32,000 bases of DNA from Faecalibaculum rodentium (GTDB lineage: Bacteria > Bacillota_I > Bacilli_A > Erysipelotrichales > Erysipelotrichaceae), in assembly GCF_001564455.1 (NCBI RefSeq), contig NZ_CP011391.1:1170001-1202000 (forward strand), in the 5' to 3' direction. A program made the translations under genes and the position numbers. The notes under the pieces were generated by a model. That model did no database searches. It was given only the letters and a program-made list of their open reading frames with translations, and was not told the DNA's origin. Shown in pieces: positions 25,026 to 32,000 of the stretch (position 1 is the stretch's first letter; every line of letters starts with the position of its first letter).

Positions 25026-27659
25026 TTATTTCTTTTCGTTCTTGATGGTGGCCTGAGCCGCTGCCAGTCGTGCGATAGGTACACGATAGGGAGAGCAGGA
25101 TACATAGTTGAGTCCGAGTCCATCGACGAATTCAATGGAAGCCGGATCTCCGCCATGTTCACCGCAGATGCCGAGTTTGATATCCGGACGGGTCTTGCGA
25201 CCCCGTTCTGCTGCGATGGCAACCAGCTCGCCTACTCCGGTCTGATCCAGTCTGGCAAACGGATCGTTTTCGTAAATCTTGGCGCTGTAGTATTCAGGCA
25301 GGAATTTGCCTGCATCATCGCGGGAGAACCCAAAAGTCAGCTGTGTCAGGTCATTGGTGCCGAAGGAGAAGAATTCTGCCTCTTCTGCCAGTTCTCCGGC
25401 TTTCAGGGCTGCACGCGGAACTTCAATCATGGTTCCAACGTGGTAATCCATATCCACGCCTTCTTCTGCCAGGATCTTGTCTGCTGTATCTGTCACCATT
25501 TTCTTGACATATTTCAGTTCTTTCAAATCGCCGATCAGCGGAAGCATGATTTCAGGAACGACATTCCAGTCAGGGTGTTTCCTGTTGATGTTGATGGCCG
25601 CCCGGATCACGGCTTCTGTCTGCATTCTGGCAATGCCCGGGTTGGAAACATCCAGGCGGGATCCGCGGTGGCCCATCATCGGGTTGACTTCATGCAGGGA
25701 ATCCACAACGGCCTGAAGCTCTTCTGCATCCATGTTCATTTCTGCAGCAAGTTCGGCGATTTCTTCAGGTGTGTGGGGCACGAATTCGTGCAGAGGGGGA
25801 TCGAGATAACGAATGGTCACAGGACGGCCTTCCATGGCTTCATAAATGCCTTCAAAGTCTTCCTGCTGCAGCGGTTCCAGTTTCGCCAGTGCGGCTTCCA
25901 TCTGATCGTCGTTTTTGGCTACGATCATTTCGCGGATGGCTTTGATCTTGTCGCCGTCGAAGAACATGTGTTCTGTACGTACGAGGCCAATGCCTTCGGC
26001 ACCGAATTCAACGGCCTGGGCCGCATCACGCGGTGTATCGGCATTGGTGCGGATTTTCAGGCGGCGGCGTGCATCTGCCCACTCCATGAACCGTTCGAAG
26101 TCTCCTGTGATTTCAGCCGGTACGGTGCTGATTTTTTCTCCATAGACGTTTCCGGTGGATCCATCCAGGGAAATCCAGTCTTCCCTGCCGTAGGTCTTTC
26201 CGCCAACGGTGAATGTTCCCGCCTCTTCATCAATGGTGATGTCGCCGGCTCCGGAAACACAGCAGGCACCCATGCCACGTGCAACGACCGCTGCGTGACT
26301 TGTCATGCCGCCGCGGACTGTCAGGATGCCCTGTGCAGCAGCCATGCCCTGGATGTCTTCCGGGGATGTTTCCAGACGTACGAGAATGACCTGCCTGCCT
26401 TTCGCAGCTTCTTCAATGGCTTCCTCGGCCGAGAACACGACTGTACCGGCTGCTGCCCCGGGAGATGCCGGAAGAGCGGTCGTGATGGGGGTGGCTGCTT
26501 TCAGTTCAGCAGTATCGAACATCGGGTGCAGGAGTGCATCCAGCTGCTGGGGCTCCACCATCATAATGGCTTCATCTGTATTGATCAGGCCTTCATCGAC
26601 CATATCGCAGGCAACTTTCAGGGCTGCCTGTGCCGTCCGCTTGCCGTTTCTTGTCTGCAGCATGAAGAGCTTTCCGTTTTCGATGGTGAACTCCATGTCC
26701 TGCATGTTCTTGTAATGGTTTTCCAGTCTGGAGCAGATATCCACGAACTGTTCATAGGCGGTGGGAGATACTTCTTTCAGCTGGTCGATTTTCTGTGGAG
26801 TTCGAACACCGGCAACAACGTCTTCACCCTGTGCGTTCATAAGGAACTCGCCATAGAGCTTGTTTTCGCCGGTGGCCGGGTTCCGGGTGAATGCCACACC
26901 TGTGCCGCAGTCTTCTCCCATATTGCCGAAAACCATCATCTGTACATTGACAGCTGTACCCCAGTCGGATGGAATGTCATTCTGGCGACGGTAGTAGATC
27001 GCCCGTTCGTTGTTCCAGGAACGGAACACAGCTTCGATGGCTTCCATCATCTGGGTTCTGGGGTCTGTCGGGAAATCTTCTCCCAGTTCTGCACGATAGA
27101 ATTCCTTGAACCGGGCAACCAGTTCCTTCATGTCTTCTGCATCCAGTTCCAGGTCATCCTTTTTGCCCTTTTCGGCTTTTACTTCGTCAATGATTTCTTC
27201 AAAGCGCTTTTTGGAAAGGCCTTTGACAACATCGGCAAACATCTGGATAAACCGGCGGTAGCTGTCATAGGCAAAGCGTTCATTGCCGGTTTTTTCGGCG
27301 ATGGTGGCAGCCACTACATCATTGATGCCCAGATTCAAAATGGTATCCATCATGCCCGGCATGGAAGCGCGGGCTCCGGATCGTACAGAAACAAGCAGCG
27401 GGTTTTCCCTGTCGCCGAATTTCTTTCCGGTTTCTTTTTCCAGCATGCCCAGGTATTCTTCAATCTGAGCCCGGATCTCATCGCTGATCTGTTCCCCGTC
27501 TTCGTAGTATTTGTTGCAGGCTTCTGTTGTAATGGTGAAGCCATTGGGCACCGGCATGCCCAGACTGCTCATTTCAGCAAGGTTTGCACCCTTTCCTCCA
27601 AGCAGCTCACGCATATCGGCGTTGCCTTCGTTGAACAGATATACATATTTCTTGTCCAT
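25026..27659 (-). CDS. ppdK: pyruvate, phosphate dikinase
   Basis: 877 aa from MDKKYVYLFNEGNADMRELLGGKGANLAEM, with the phosphohistidine region (GGMTSHAAVVARGMG) and a PEP-utilising C-terminal domain. The GGGAGGA RBS ends 6 nt upstream of ATG 27659. Confidence 0.97.
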   Translation of the reverse strand: MDKKYVYLFNEGNADMRELLGGKGANLAEMSSLGMPVPNGFTITTEACNKYYEDGEQISDEIRAQIEEYLGMLEKETGKKFGDRENPLLVSVRSGARASMPGMMDTILNLGINDVVAATIAEKTGNERFAYDSYRRFIQMFADVVKGLSKKRFEEIIDEVKAEKGKKDDLELDAEDMKELVARFKEFYRAELGEDFPTDPRTQMMEAIEAVFRSWNNERAIYYRRQNDIPSDWGTAVNVQMMVFGNMGEDCGTGVAFTRNPATGENKLYGEFLMNAQGEDVVAGVRTPQKIDQLKEVSPTAYEQFVDICSRLENHYKNMQDMEFTIENGKLFMLQTRNGKRTAQAALKVACDMVDEGLINTDEAIMMVEPQQLDALLHPMFDTAELKAATPITTALPASPGAAAGTVVFSAEEAIEEAAKGRQVILVRLETSPEDIQGMAAAQGILTVRGGMTSHAAVVARGMGACCVSGAGDITIDEEAGTFTVGGKTYGREDWISLDGSTGNVYGEKISTVPAEITGDFERFMEWADARRRLKIRTNADTPRDAAQAVEFGAEGIGLVRTEHMFFDGDKIKAIREMIVAKNDDQMEAALAKLEPLQQEDFEGIYEAMEGRPVTIRYLDPPLHEFVPHTPEEIAELAAEMNMDAEELQAVVDSLHEVNPMMGHRGSRLDVSNPGIARMQTEAVIRAAININRKHPDWNVVPEIMLPLIGDLKELKYVKKMVTDTADKILAEEGVDMDYHVGTMIEVPRAALKAGELAEEAEFFSFGTNDLTQLTFGFSRDDAGKFLPEYYSAKIYENDPFARLDQTGVGELVAIAAERGRKTRPDIKLGICGEHGGDPASIEFVDGLGLNYVSCSPYRVPIARLAAAQATIKNEKK

Positions 27660-27691
27660 CAAGTTTCCTCCCTGAACTCTGTTCGCAACCA

Positions 27692-27705
27692 TGTAATCGG
27701 TTACA
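27692..27705 (-). promoter_or_regulatory. catabolite responsive element (cre, CcpA site) in the ppdK leader
   Basis: The minus strand reads TGTAACCGATTACA, which matches every specified position of TGWAANCGNTNWCA. It lies 9-22 nt downstream of the -10 hexamer of the candidate promoter. Confidence 0.65.
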
Positions 27706-27713
27706 TACTTGAG

Positions 27714-27742
27714 ATTATAGCACATGGCAAGTCATATGCCTA
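27714..27742 (-). promoter_or_regulatory. candidate ppdK promoter (TAGGCA-17 nt-TGcTATAAT, extended -10)
   Basis: The minus strand reads TAGGCA (27742-27737), then 17 nt, then TATAAT (27719-27714), preceded by TGc. Confidence 0.6.
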
Positions 27743-27838
27743 CCCCGGTTCCGTGTAGACAGATTTGTCACAACGCTGTCACCCGCCTGTGCCTGGCAGA
27801 ATGCACAGCAAGCCGGCAAGAGTACAATGAAGGCGTAA

Positions 27839-27872
27839 AGAAAAACAGCGGAGCTGTTACTCCGCTGTTTCC
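27839..27872 (-). terminator. rho-independent terminator of spx
   Basis: ACAGCGGAG (27845-27853) pairs with CTCCGCTGT (27860-27868). On the minus strand the stem is followed by TTTTTCTTT. Confidence 0.8.
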
Positions 27873-28325
27873 TTAAAATGAATGGAATCGAAGAGAGGGC
27901 TGGCTGTCGCCTTCTCTGGACTGAATGTCCGTGATGGATCCCGGGTATGCAGTTTCTTCTGCAGATTTCCGCATGGCCACAGGCGTCATAGTGGTGATCT
28001 CGTCATCGTCATAGCCAACAACAAGACTGTTTTCACTCAGAAGAATGGGTCGTTTCAGAATAGACGGATTCTTCTGAATCAAAGTAACCAGTTCCTTCGT
28101 CGAATAATCATCAATCCCTTTCTTTAAAGAATGAAAAGCTTTCGACCGAACAGAAATGATATCTTCGGTGCCGTTCTCACATCTCGATAACAAATACTTG
28201 ATTTCACTTTCTTTTAAAACACTTGAAAAAATATTCTTCTCGACAAATTCAATGTGGTTATCTTTGAGCCACTGTTTCGCCTTACGGCAGCTCGCGCACC
28301 CAGGAGACGTGTAGATGATGACCAT
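27873..28325 (-). CDS. spx: Spx/MgsR family (ArsC-fold) transcriptional regulator with C-terminal extension
   Basis: MVIIYTSPGCASCRKAKQWLKDNHIEFVEKNIFS...RSKAF...LKRPIL, with a CxxC redox motif. AGGAGG sits 7 nt upstream of ATG 28325. It has about 20 extra C-terminal residues compared with B. subtilis Spx. Confidence 0.88.
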   Translation of the reverse strand: MVIIYTSPGCASCRKAKQWLKDNHIEFVEKNIFSSVLKESEIKYLLSRCENGTEDIISVRSKAFHSLKKGIDDYSTKELVTLIQKNPSILKRPILLSENSLVVGYDDDEITTMTPVAMRKSAEETAYPGSITDIQSREGDSQPSLRFHSF

Positions 28326-28347
28326 ATACGTACCTCCTGTCACCCAA

Positions 28348-28353
28348 ATTATA
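28348..28353 (-). promoter_or_regulatory. candidate spx -10 element (extended TGaTATAAT)
   Basis: The minus strand reads TTTTGATATAAT about 22 nt upstream of the spx start codon. The -35 is poor. Confidence 0.4.
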
Positions 28354-28467
28354 TCAAAACAAATGGAAATGGAAACAGAAACTTTGAATATGTTGAAATT
28401 TCAACCTCATTTATAACGAAACGTTAAAAGTCAAATGATGTGCCCGAAAAAAACCTCCTCCATACTG

Positions 28468-28476
28468 TGTTAGAAT
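28468..28476 (+). promoter_or_regulatory. candidate trpS extended -10 (TGtTAGAAT)
   Basis: TGTTAGAAT at 28468-28476, 21 nt upstream of the trpS ATG. The -35 region is poly-A and poor. Confidence 0.4.
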
Positions 28477-28497
28477 AGTTCGGACGGAGGTTTTTTC

Positions 28498-29481
28498 ATG
28501 AAACGAATGCTCAGCGGGATCAAACCCACCGGACGGCTGCACTTGGGCAACTACATCGGTGCGATCTCCCAGTTTGCAAAATACCAGGATGAATATGAAC
28601 TTTTTATATTCATTGCCAATGAACACGCCATTACCATTCCCATTGAGGCAAAGGACCTGAGAAAGAACACCAGGGATCTCATCGCTTTATACCTTGCCTG
28701 CGGGCTGGATCCTGAGAAGGTAACGCTGTTTCTCCAAAGTGATGTGGAAGCCCATGCCAAACTTGGCTGGATCATGACATGTATGGCTTATATGGGAGAA
28801 ATGCAGCGGATGACACAGTACAAGGACAAGACAGCCAAGGGAGAGAAAGGGGTGACTGCCGGCCTTTTCACCTACCCTGCGCTGATGGCGGCTGACATAC
28901 TTCTCTATGATCCGGACTTTGTACCTGTCGGGCAGGATCAGAAGCAGCATGTCGAACTGACGAGAAATCTGGCGGAACGGTTCAATCACAGGTACAGCGA
29001 TACATTCAAAATCCCCGAACCGCTGTCACAGACAGTCGGCCAGAAAGTCTATTCTCTGACAGATCCCACAAAAAAAATGTCAAAATCCGAATCCAATCCC
29101 AGGGGTACCATCGATCTGCTGGACGATCCTGCACAGGCCCGCAACAAAATCAGGAGTGCTGTAACGGATTCCCTGGGCGTTGTCCGATATGATCCGCAGA
29201 ATCAGCCTGGTGTCTCCAATCTGCTGACGATTCAGTCTGTTCTCTCCGGAGAGCCTGTGGAAGACATTGTGGCGAGGTATGAAGGAAAAGGCTATGGGGA
29301 GCTGAAGAAAGAAGTCGGAGAAACGGTGTTCACGTTTCTCACTGACCTGCAGGCAAGGTACCGGAAGATTCTCGATGAGAAAATCGTCGACAAAGTACTG
29401 GAAGAAGGCGCAGCCAGAGCCAGAAAAATTGCGGACAAAAAAATCAGCAAAGTATACCGAAAAGTCGGATTCACGATTTGA
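28498..29481 (+). CDS. trpS: tryptophan--tRNA ligase
   Basis: MKRMLSGIKPTGRLHLGNYIGAI (HIGH-type motif) and KMSKS (KKMSKSE). 327 aa. GGAGG RBS. Confidence 0.96.
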   Translation: MKRMLSGIKPTGRLHLGNYIGAISQFAKYQDEYELFIFIANEHAITIPIEAKDLRKNTRDLIALYLACGLDPEKVTLFLQSDVEAHAKLGWIMTCMAYMGEMQRMTQYKDKTAKGEKGVTAGLFTYPALMAADILLYDPDFVPVGQDQKQHVELTRNLAERFNHRYSDTFKIPEPLSQTVGQKVYSLTDPTKKMSKSESNPRGTIDLLDDPAQARNKIRSAVTDSLGVVRYDPQNQPGVSNLLTIQSVLSGEPVEDIVARYEGKGYGELKKEVGETVFTFLTDLQARYRKILDEKIVDKVLEEGAARARKIADKKISKVYRKVGFTI

Positions 29482-29503
29482 CAGCCGAATCCCGTCACCA
29501 CAC

Positions 29504-29539
29504 AAACCGCAGGCAGCAGGGACTGTCCGCGGTTTTTTT
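29504..29539 (+). terminator. trpS rho-independent terminator (also the group IIC intron target motif)
   Basis: AAACCGCaGGCAG-caggga-CTGTCcGCGGTTT followed by a T7 run (29533-29539). Confidence 0.85.
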
Positions 29540-30074
29540 CGTGTGCCCGGCATGGCATACATCCAGGTGGTGAAAGTCCACCATGGGAGCGTATCATCGC
29601 AACCGCTAACCATTAGCTCAAGGCAAGGGGCTCACTGGTAACAGGAGTTCTGAAAGAAGCCCGGCGGCAAAGTTCCGGCCTGAGGAACACGAATCGCATA
29701 TAAGGCCATAGACGGAGACGAGCGTGCCAGACAGCGCAAATCATAATAGTTGCGGATGACTGTCTGTGGTAGATGCGGCAGGTGTATGGAATGAAAGATG
29801 TATGACCTTACCCGGGGAGGTCCTGTCAGCGAAAGGAACCATCAAGCCACGATGACACGCCTTCCGCAGTAACAACGAATGGCAGGAAGTCAGCCGAGGC
29901 CATAGTAACGAGGAAGTCCCTGTAATGGGGATGGAGTGAAGGGCCGAACGTACAATTTACTGCAAATATCAGGAATGCTTCCTGCACGAAAAACCGAGAA
30001 AGGACAAACCCAGAGAGCCCCTGAAGATGAGTAAGGAAGGGCAGTGCGGGAACACGTGAAAGAAAGGGGCAGTC

Positions 30075-31424
30075 ATGGACCAAATAAGACTGATACAGCC
30101 GGAAGACCTGAGCACACAGGAAATCTTCTCCATGGAGAACCTGACCAATGCGTGCAGACAGGTACGGCGAAACAATGGAGCTGCAGGGGTAGATGGAGTC
30201 AAAGCCAGAGAACTTCCTGCCTGCCCCGGAGAGTATTGGGAGCGACTGCGGGAACAGATACTGGACCGCAGTTATAAACCACTGCCAGCCAAAAGGACCG
30301 ATATCCCGAAACCGGATGGGAGCATGCGGGGACTGAATGTCCCGGCTGCCAGAGATAGAGTCATACAGGCCTGTCTGGCAAACTATCTGGATTATAGGAA
30401 GGACTTCGAGATGAGCAACAGCTCATACGGGTTCAGGAAGAACAGGAGATGTGAAGAGGCGATACTGAAAGGCCTTGAGTTCATGAACGACGGGTATGAC
30501 TGGATCGTCGACATCGACCTGAGGAAATTCTTCGACACGGTGGACCAGGACAGACTGATACGACTGATAGACAACCTGTTTCACAACAGAGATATAACTG
30601 CCCTGACGAGGAAATTCGTCAGGGCAGGAGTCATGATAGACGGCAAACTGACCAGGACGGAAAGGGGTATCCCACAGGGAGGACCGCTTTCACCGATACT
30701 GGCCAACATCTATCTGGACCAGGCCGACAAGGAACTGGAAAGCAGAGGGCTGAGATTCACGAGATACGCAGACGATATGCTCATCTATGTGAAGTCGGAA
30801 GCCGCCGCCAACAGGGTGATGAAGTCATTCAGCAATTATCTGGAAAAGAAGCTGAAGCTGGAAGTGAATGCTTCAAAATCGAAAGTGGCCAGACCGGATG
30901 AAGTGAAATATCTGGGGTTTGGTTTTACAAAGAACAAAAGGGAATGGAAGGCGATACCGCATGAGAAATCCATCCATGAGTTCGAACAGAAGATGATGAA
31001 GCTGACGAAGCGGAACTGGAGCGTATCCCTTGAAGAAAGAATGGAAAAAATCAACCAAGTCATCAGGGGATGGAGCAATTATTTCAGATGCGCATGGATG
31101 TATAAAAAGAACATGCGGAAACTGGACAGCAAGCTCCGGAGAAGAATCAGGGCCATTATCTGGAAGCAGTGGAAAAGCATCAGGAAAAAAGAAGAGAGCC
31201 TCATCAAACTGGGATGTCCCAGAGACAAGGCTCACTCATATGCGTGTGCACGACAAGGATGTGTCCGTTGTGCAGTCACGTTCCTGAACAAGTATATCAG
31301 AAATATACACCTGAAGAAGAAAGGCCTCCTGACCATAGAGGAATACTTCGATACGGTGGCAGAAAGGTTCATGAAATCATTTGTACGAACCGCCCAGTGC
31401 CGAACGGCACGCTGGGTGGTGTGA
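30075..31424 (+). CDS. ltrA: group II intron reverse transcriptase/maturase (no endonuclease domain)
   Basis: 449 aa. RT motifs are present (GVDGV, RxxxIPKPDGSMRGLNVPAARDRVIQ, GIPQGGPLSPILANIYL, YADDMLIY), followed by a maturase X domain (RGWSNYF). The ORF ends inside or just after domain V. AAAGGGG RBS. Confidence 0.95.
   Translation: MDQIRLIQPEDLSTQEIFSMENLTNACRQVRRNNGAAGVDGVKARELPACPGEYWERLREQILDRSYKPLPAKRTDIPKPDGSMRGLNVPAARDRVIQACLANYLDYRKDFEMSNSSYGFRKNRRCEEAILKGLEFMNDGYDWIVDIDLRKFFDTVDQDRLIRLIDNLFHNRDITALTRKFVRAGVMIDGKLTRTERGIPQGGPLSPILANIYLDQADKELESRGLRFTRYADDMLIYVKSEAAANRVMKSFSNYLEKKLKLEVNASKSKVARPDEVKYLGFGFTKNKREWKAIPHEKSIHEFEQKMMKLTKRNWSVSLEERMEKINQVIRGWSNYFRCAWMYKKNMRKLDSKLRRRIRAIIWKQWKSIRKKEESLIKLGCPRDKAHSYACARQGCVRCAVTFLNKYIRNIHLKKKGLLTIEEYFDTVAERFMKSFVRTAQCRTARWVV
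31389..31420 (+). other. group II intron domain V (catalytic hairpin)
   Basis: ACCGCCCAG-TGCC-GAAC-GGCA-CG-CTGGGTGGT gives a 9-bp lower helix containing CGC with a G.U wobble, a 2-nt bulge on the 3' strand, a 4-bp upper helix and a tetraloop. Confidence 0.75.
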
Positions 31425-31574
31425 GAGGGTCTGATGACCCCTACTCGATCCAGAGTCCTGCTGCAGACAGACAGGAGTGTGCAATCGCCCTGGACGATGT
31501 CCCCGTGTGTGTCTGGCAGGGGTTTGCGGTATGTCCGACTGTTGCAGGAAACGCAGGTGATATCCGGATCATGG

Positions 31575-31626
31575 AAAAAGACCGGGTTTCCGCAGCGTTC
31601 CGGCCGCAGGAAACCCGGTCTGTTTT
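31575..31626. terminator. bidirectional terminator (serves the minus-strand membrane gene)
   Basis: GACCGGGTTTCC (31580-31591) pairs with GGAAACCCGGTC (31609-31620). Flanked by A5 on the left and TGTTTT on the right. Confidence 0.8.
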
Positions 31627-31634
31627 CCACAGGA

Positions 31635-32000
31635 TCACAGGATACAGAAAACCAGCAGAAACACCGCACCAAATCCCAGGCGCCAGAACCCGAACACCAG
31701 CAGTGTATGGTTTTGAAACCAGCGTTTCAGTCCTTTGACCAGCAAAGGCGCCAGAACAAATCCGATGCACCCAGCCAGAATCACTGTTGCAGCTGAAACC
31801 GGCGTCAGGGACGGAATTACGGTTATGTGGCTGATCCCGCTGACTGCCTGCGGCCACAAAGAGGCCATGCAGGCCATGCTGTAAGCCTCAGACGTCTCTT
31901 CGCCTGTGATCAGCGCCGCCAGCATAGCCATCGACAGAACCCCGGCTCCCGGGATCACGCCAAGGCAGGAAATGGTCAGGATGAGTATCAGGCGCAGGAC
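31635..32000 (-). CDS. integral membrane protein, C-terminal part (gene start beyond right edge); UppP/DUF368-like tail, assignment weak
   Basis: My translation stays open from the window edge: VLRLILILTISCLGVIPGAGVLSMAMLAALITG...LLVKGLKRWFQNHTLLVFGFWRLGFGAVFLLVFCIL. It is hydrophobic throughout, and the canonical UppP SRSG motif is absent. Confidence 0.6.
   Translation of the reverse strand, partial: VLRLILILTISCLGVIPGAGVLSMAMLAALITGEETSEAYSMACMASLWPQAVSGISHITVIPSLTPVSAATVILAGCIGFVLAPLLVKGLKRWFQNHTLLVFGFWRLGFGAVFLLVFCIL

Larger units (their letters stand above)
29541..31449 (+). mobile_element. group II intron, bacterial class C (IIC), apparently full length (~1.9 kb)
   Basis: The 5' end GTGTGCCCGGCATGG fits GUGYG. 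Internal strings CTGAGGAACACGAA and TTACCCGGGGAGGTC match what I recall of IIC introns such as the Oceanobacillus iheyensis intron. An RT/maturase ORF sits in domain IV. Domain V is at 31389-31420 with a CGC triad. A domain VI hairpin (GGGTC-tgat-GACCC) has an unpaired A at 31443. The predicted 3' end ...CGAT at 31449 is uncertain by a few nt. The intron starts 1 nt after the T-run of the trpS terminator. Confidence 0.85.

Noticed and set aside
24993-27758. 921-aa ORF antisense to ppdK, spanning the whole gene.
   Set aside because: It is a shadow ORF of ppdK with no recognisable motifs. Its start falls inside the ppdK terminator. The striking length is explained by codon bias, not coding.
28344-28497. 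T-box riboswitch or attenuator upstream of trpS. AAACCTCC (28451-28458) is complementary to GGAGGTTT (28486-28493), followed by T-run, and would sequester the SD.
   Set aside because: The region is only about 170 nt long, is shared with the spx promoter, and has no T-box consensus (GGTGGTACCGCG-like) or specifier structure. The best -10 (TGtTAGAAT) sits inside the loop, so the 5' arm is probably not transcribed.
31505-31514. Short (GT)n run downstream of the intron.
   Set aside because: There are only about 4 repeat units, which is not a meaningful microsatellite or phase-variation tract.
31580-31620. Hairpin GACCGGGTTTCC...GGAAACCCGGTC, first considered as intron domain V/VI.
   Set aside because: Domain V is clearly at 31389-31420, with DVI directly after it. 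This hairpin has flanking A and T runs and sits right after the stop of the minus-strand membrane gene, so it is an ordinary bidirectional terminator outside the intron.
1-32000. Scan for CRISPR arrays, tRNA/rRNA genes, transposases, integrases and toxin-antitoxin pairs.
   Set aside because: I saw no regularly spaced direct repeats, no tRNA-like or rRNA-like sequence, and no such ORFs by eye. The only mobile element found is the group II intron.

Overview
This 32-kb window looks like core chromosome of a fairly GC-rich Bacillota (Firmicutes) organism. That is a guess from Spx, a CcpA-type cre box, lipobox lipoproteins, PPDK and a class C group II intron. I had no tools, so all calls come from reading the sequence and the ORF track. 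Order left to right: a tightly coupled minus-strand operon (AI-2E permease, WYL regulator, Cas4-like/DUF2779 nuclease, Zn-phospholipase-C-fold protein, running off the left edge); pyrG behind a structured upstream region; two tandem paralogous lipoproteins; three poorly characterised small or membrane proteins; a minus-strand operon of a GS-I-like protein, an ANTAR protein, ybaK and a GH13 hydrolase; divergent from it, a nitrogen-assimilation cluster (type III glutamine synthetase, asnB, gltB, gltD) whose leader carries a consensus promoter and a strong intrinsic terminator; mntP coupled to a LysR regulator; ppdK with a perfect cre box in its leader; spx; trpS; an apparently complete class C (IIC) group II intron inserted directly after the trpS terminator; and a partial membrane protein at the right edge. 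I saw no rRNA, tRNA, CRISPR array, transposase or prophage genes. The two most interesting candidates are (1) the translationally coupled GS-like pseudoenzyme plus pseudo-receiver ANTAR pair facing the terminator-containing leader of the glutamine/glutamate cluster, and (2) the four-gene overlapping AI-2E/WYL/DUF2779/PLC-fold operon of unknown function. Both are hypotheses, not demonstrated systems. The many long ORFs antisense to the big genes are shadow ORFs.
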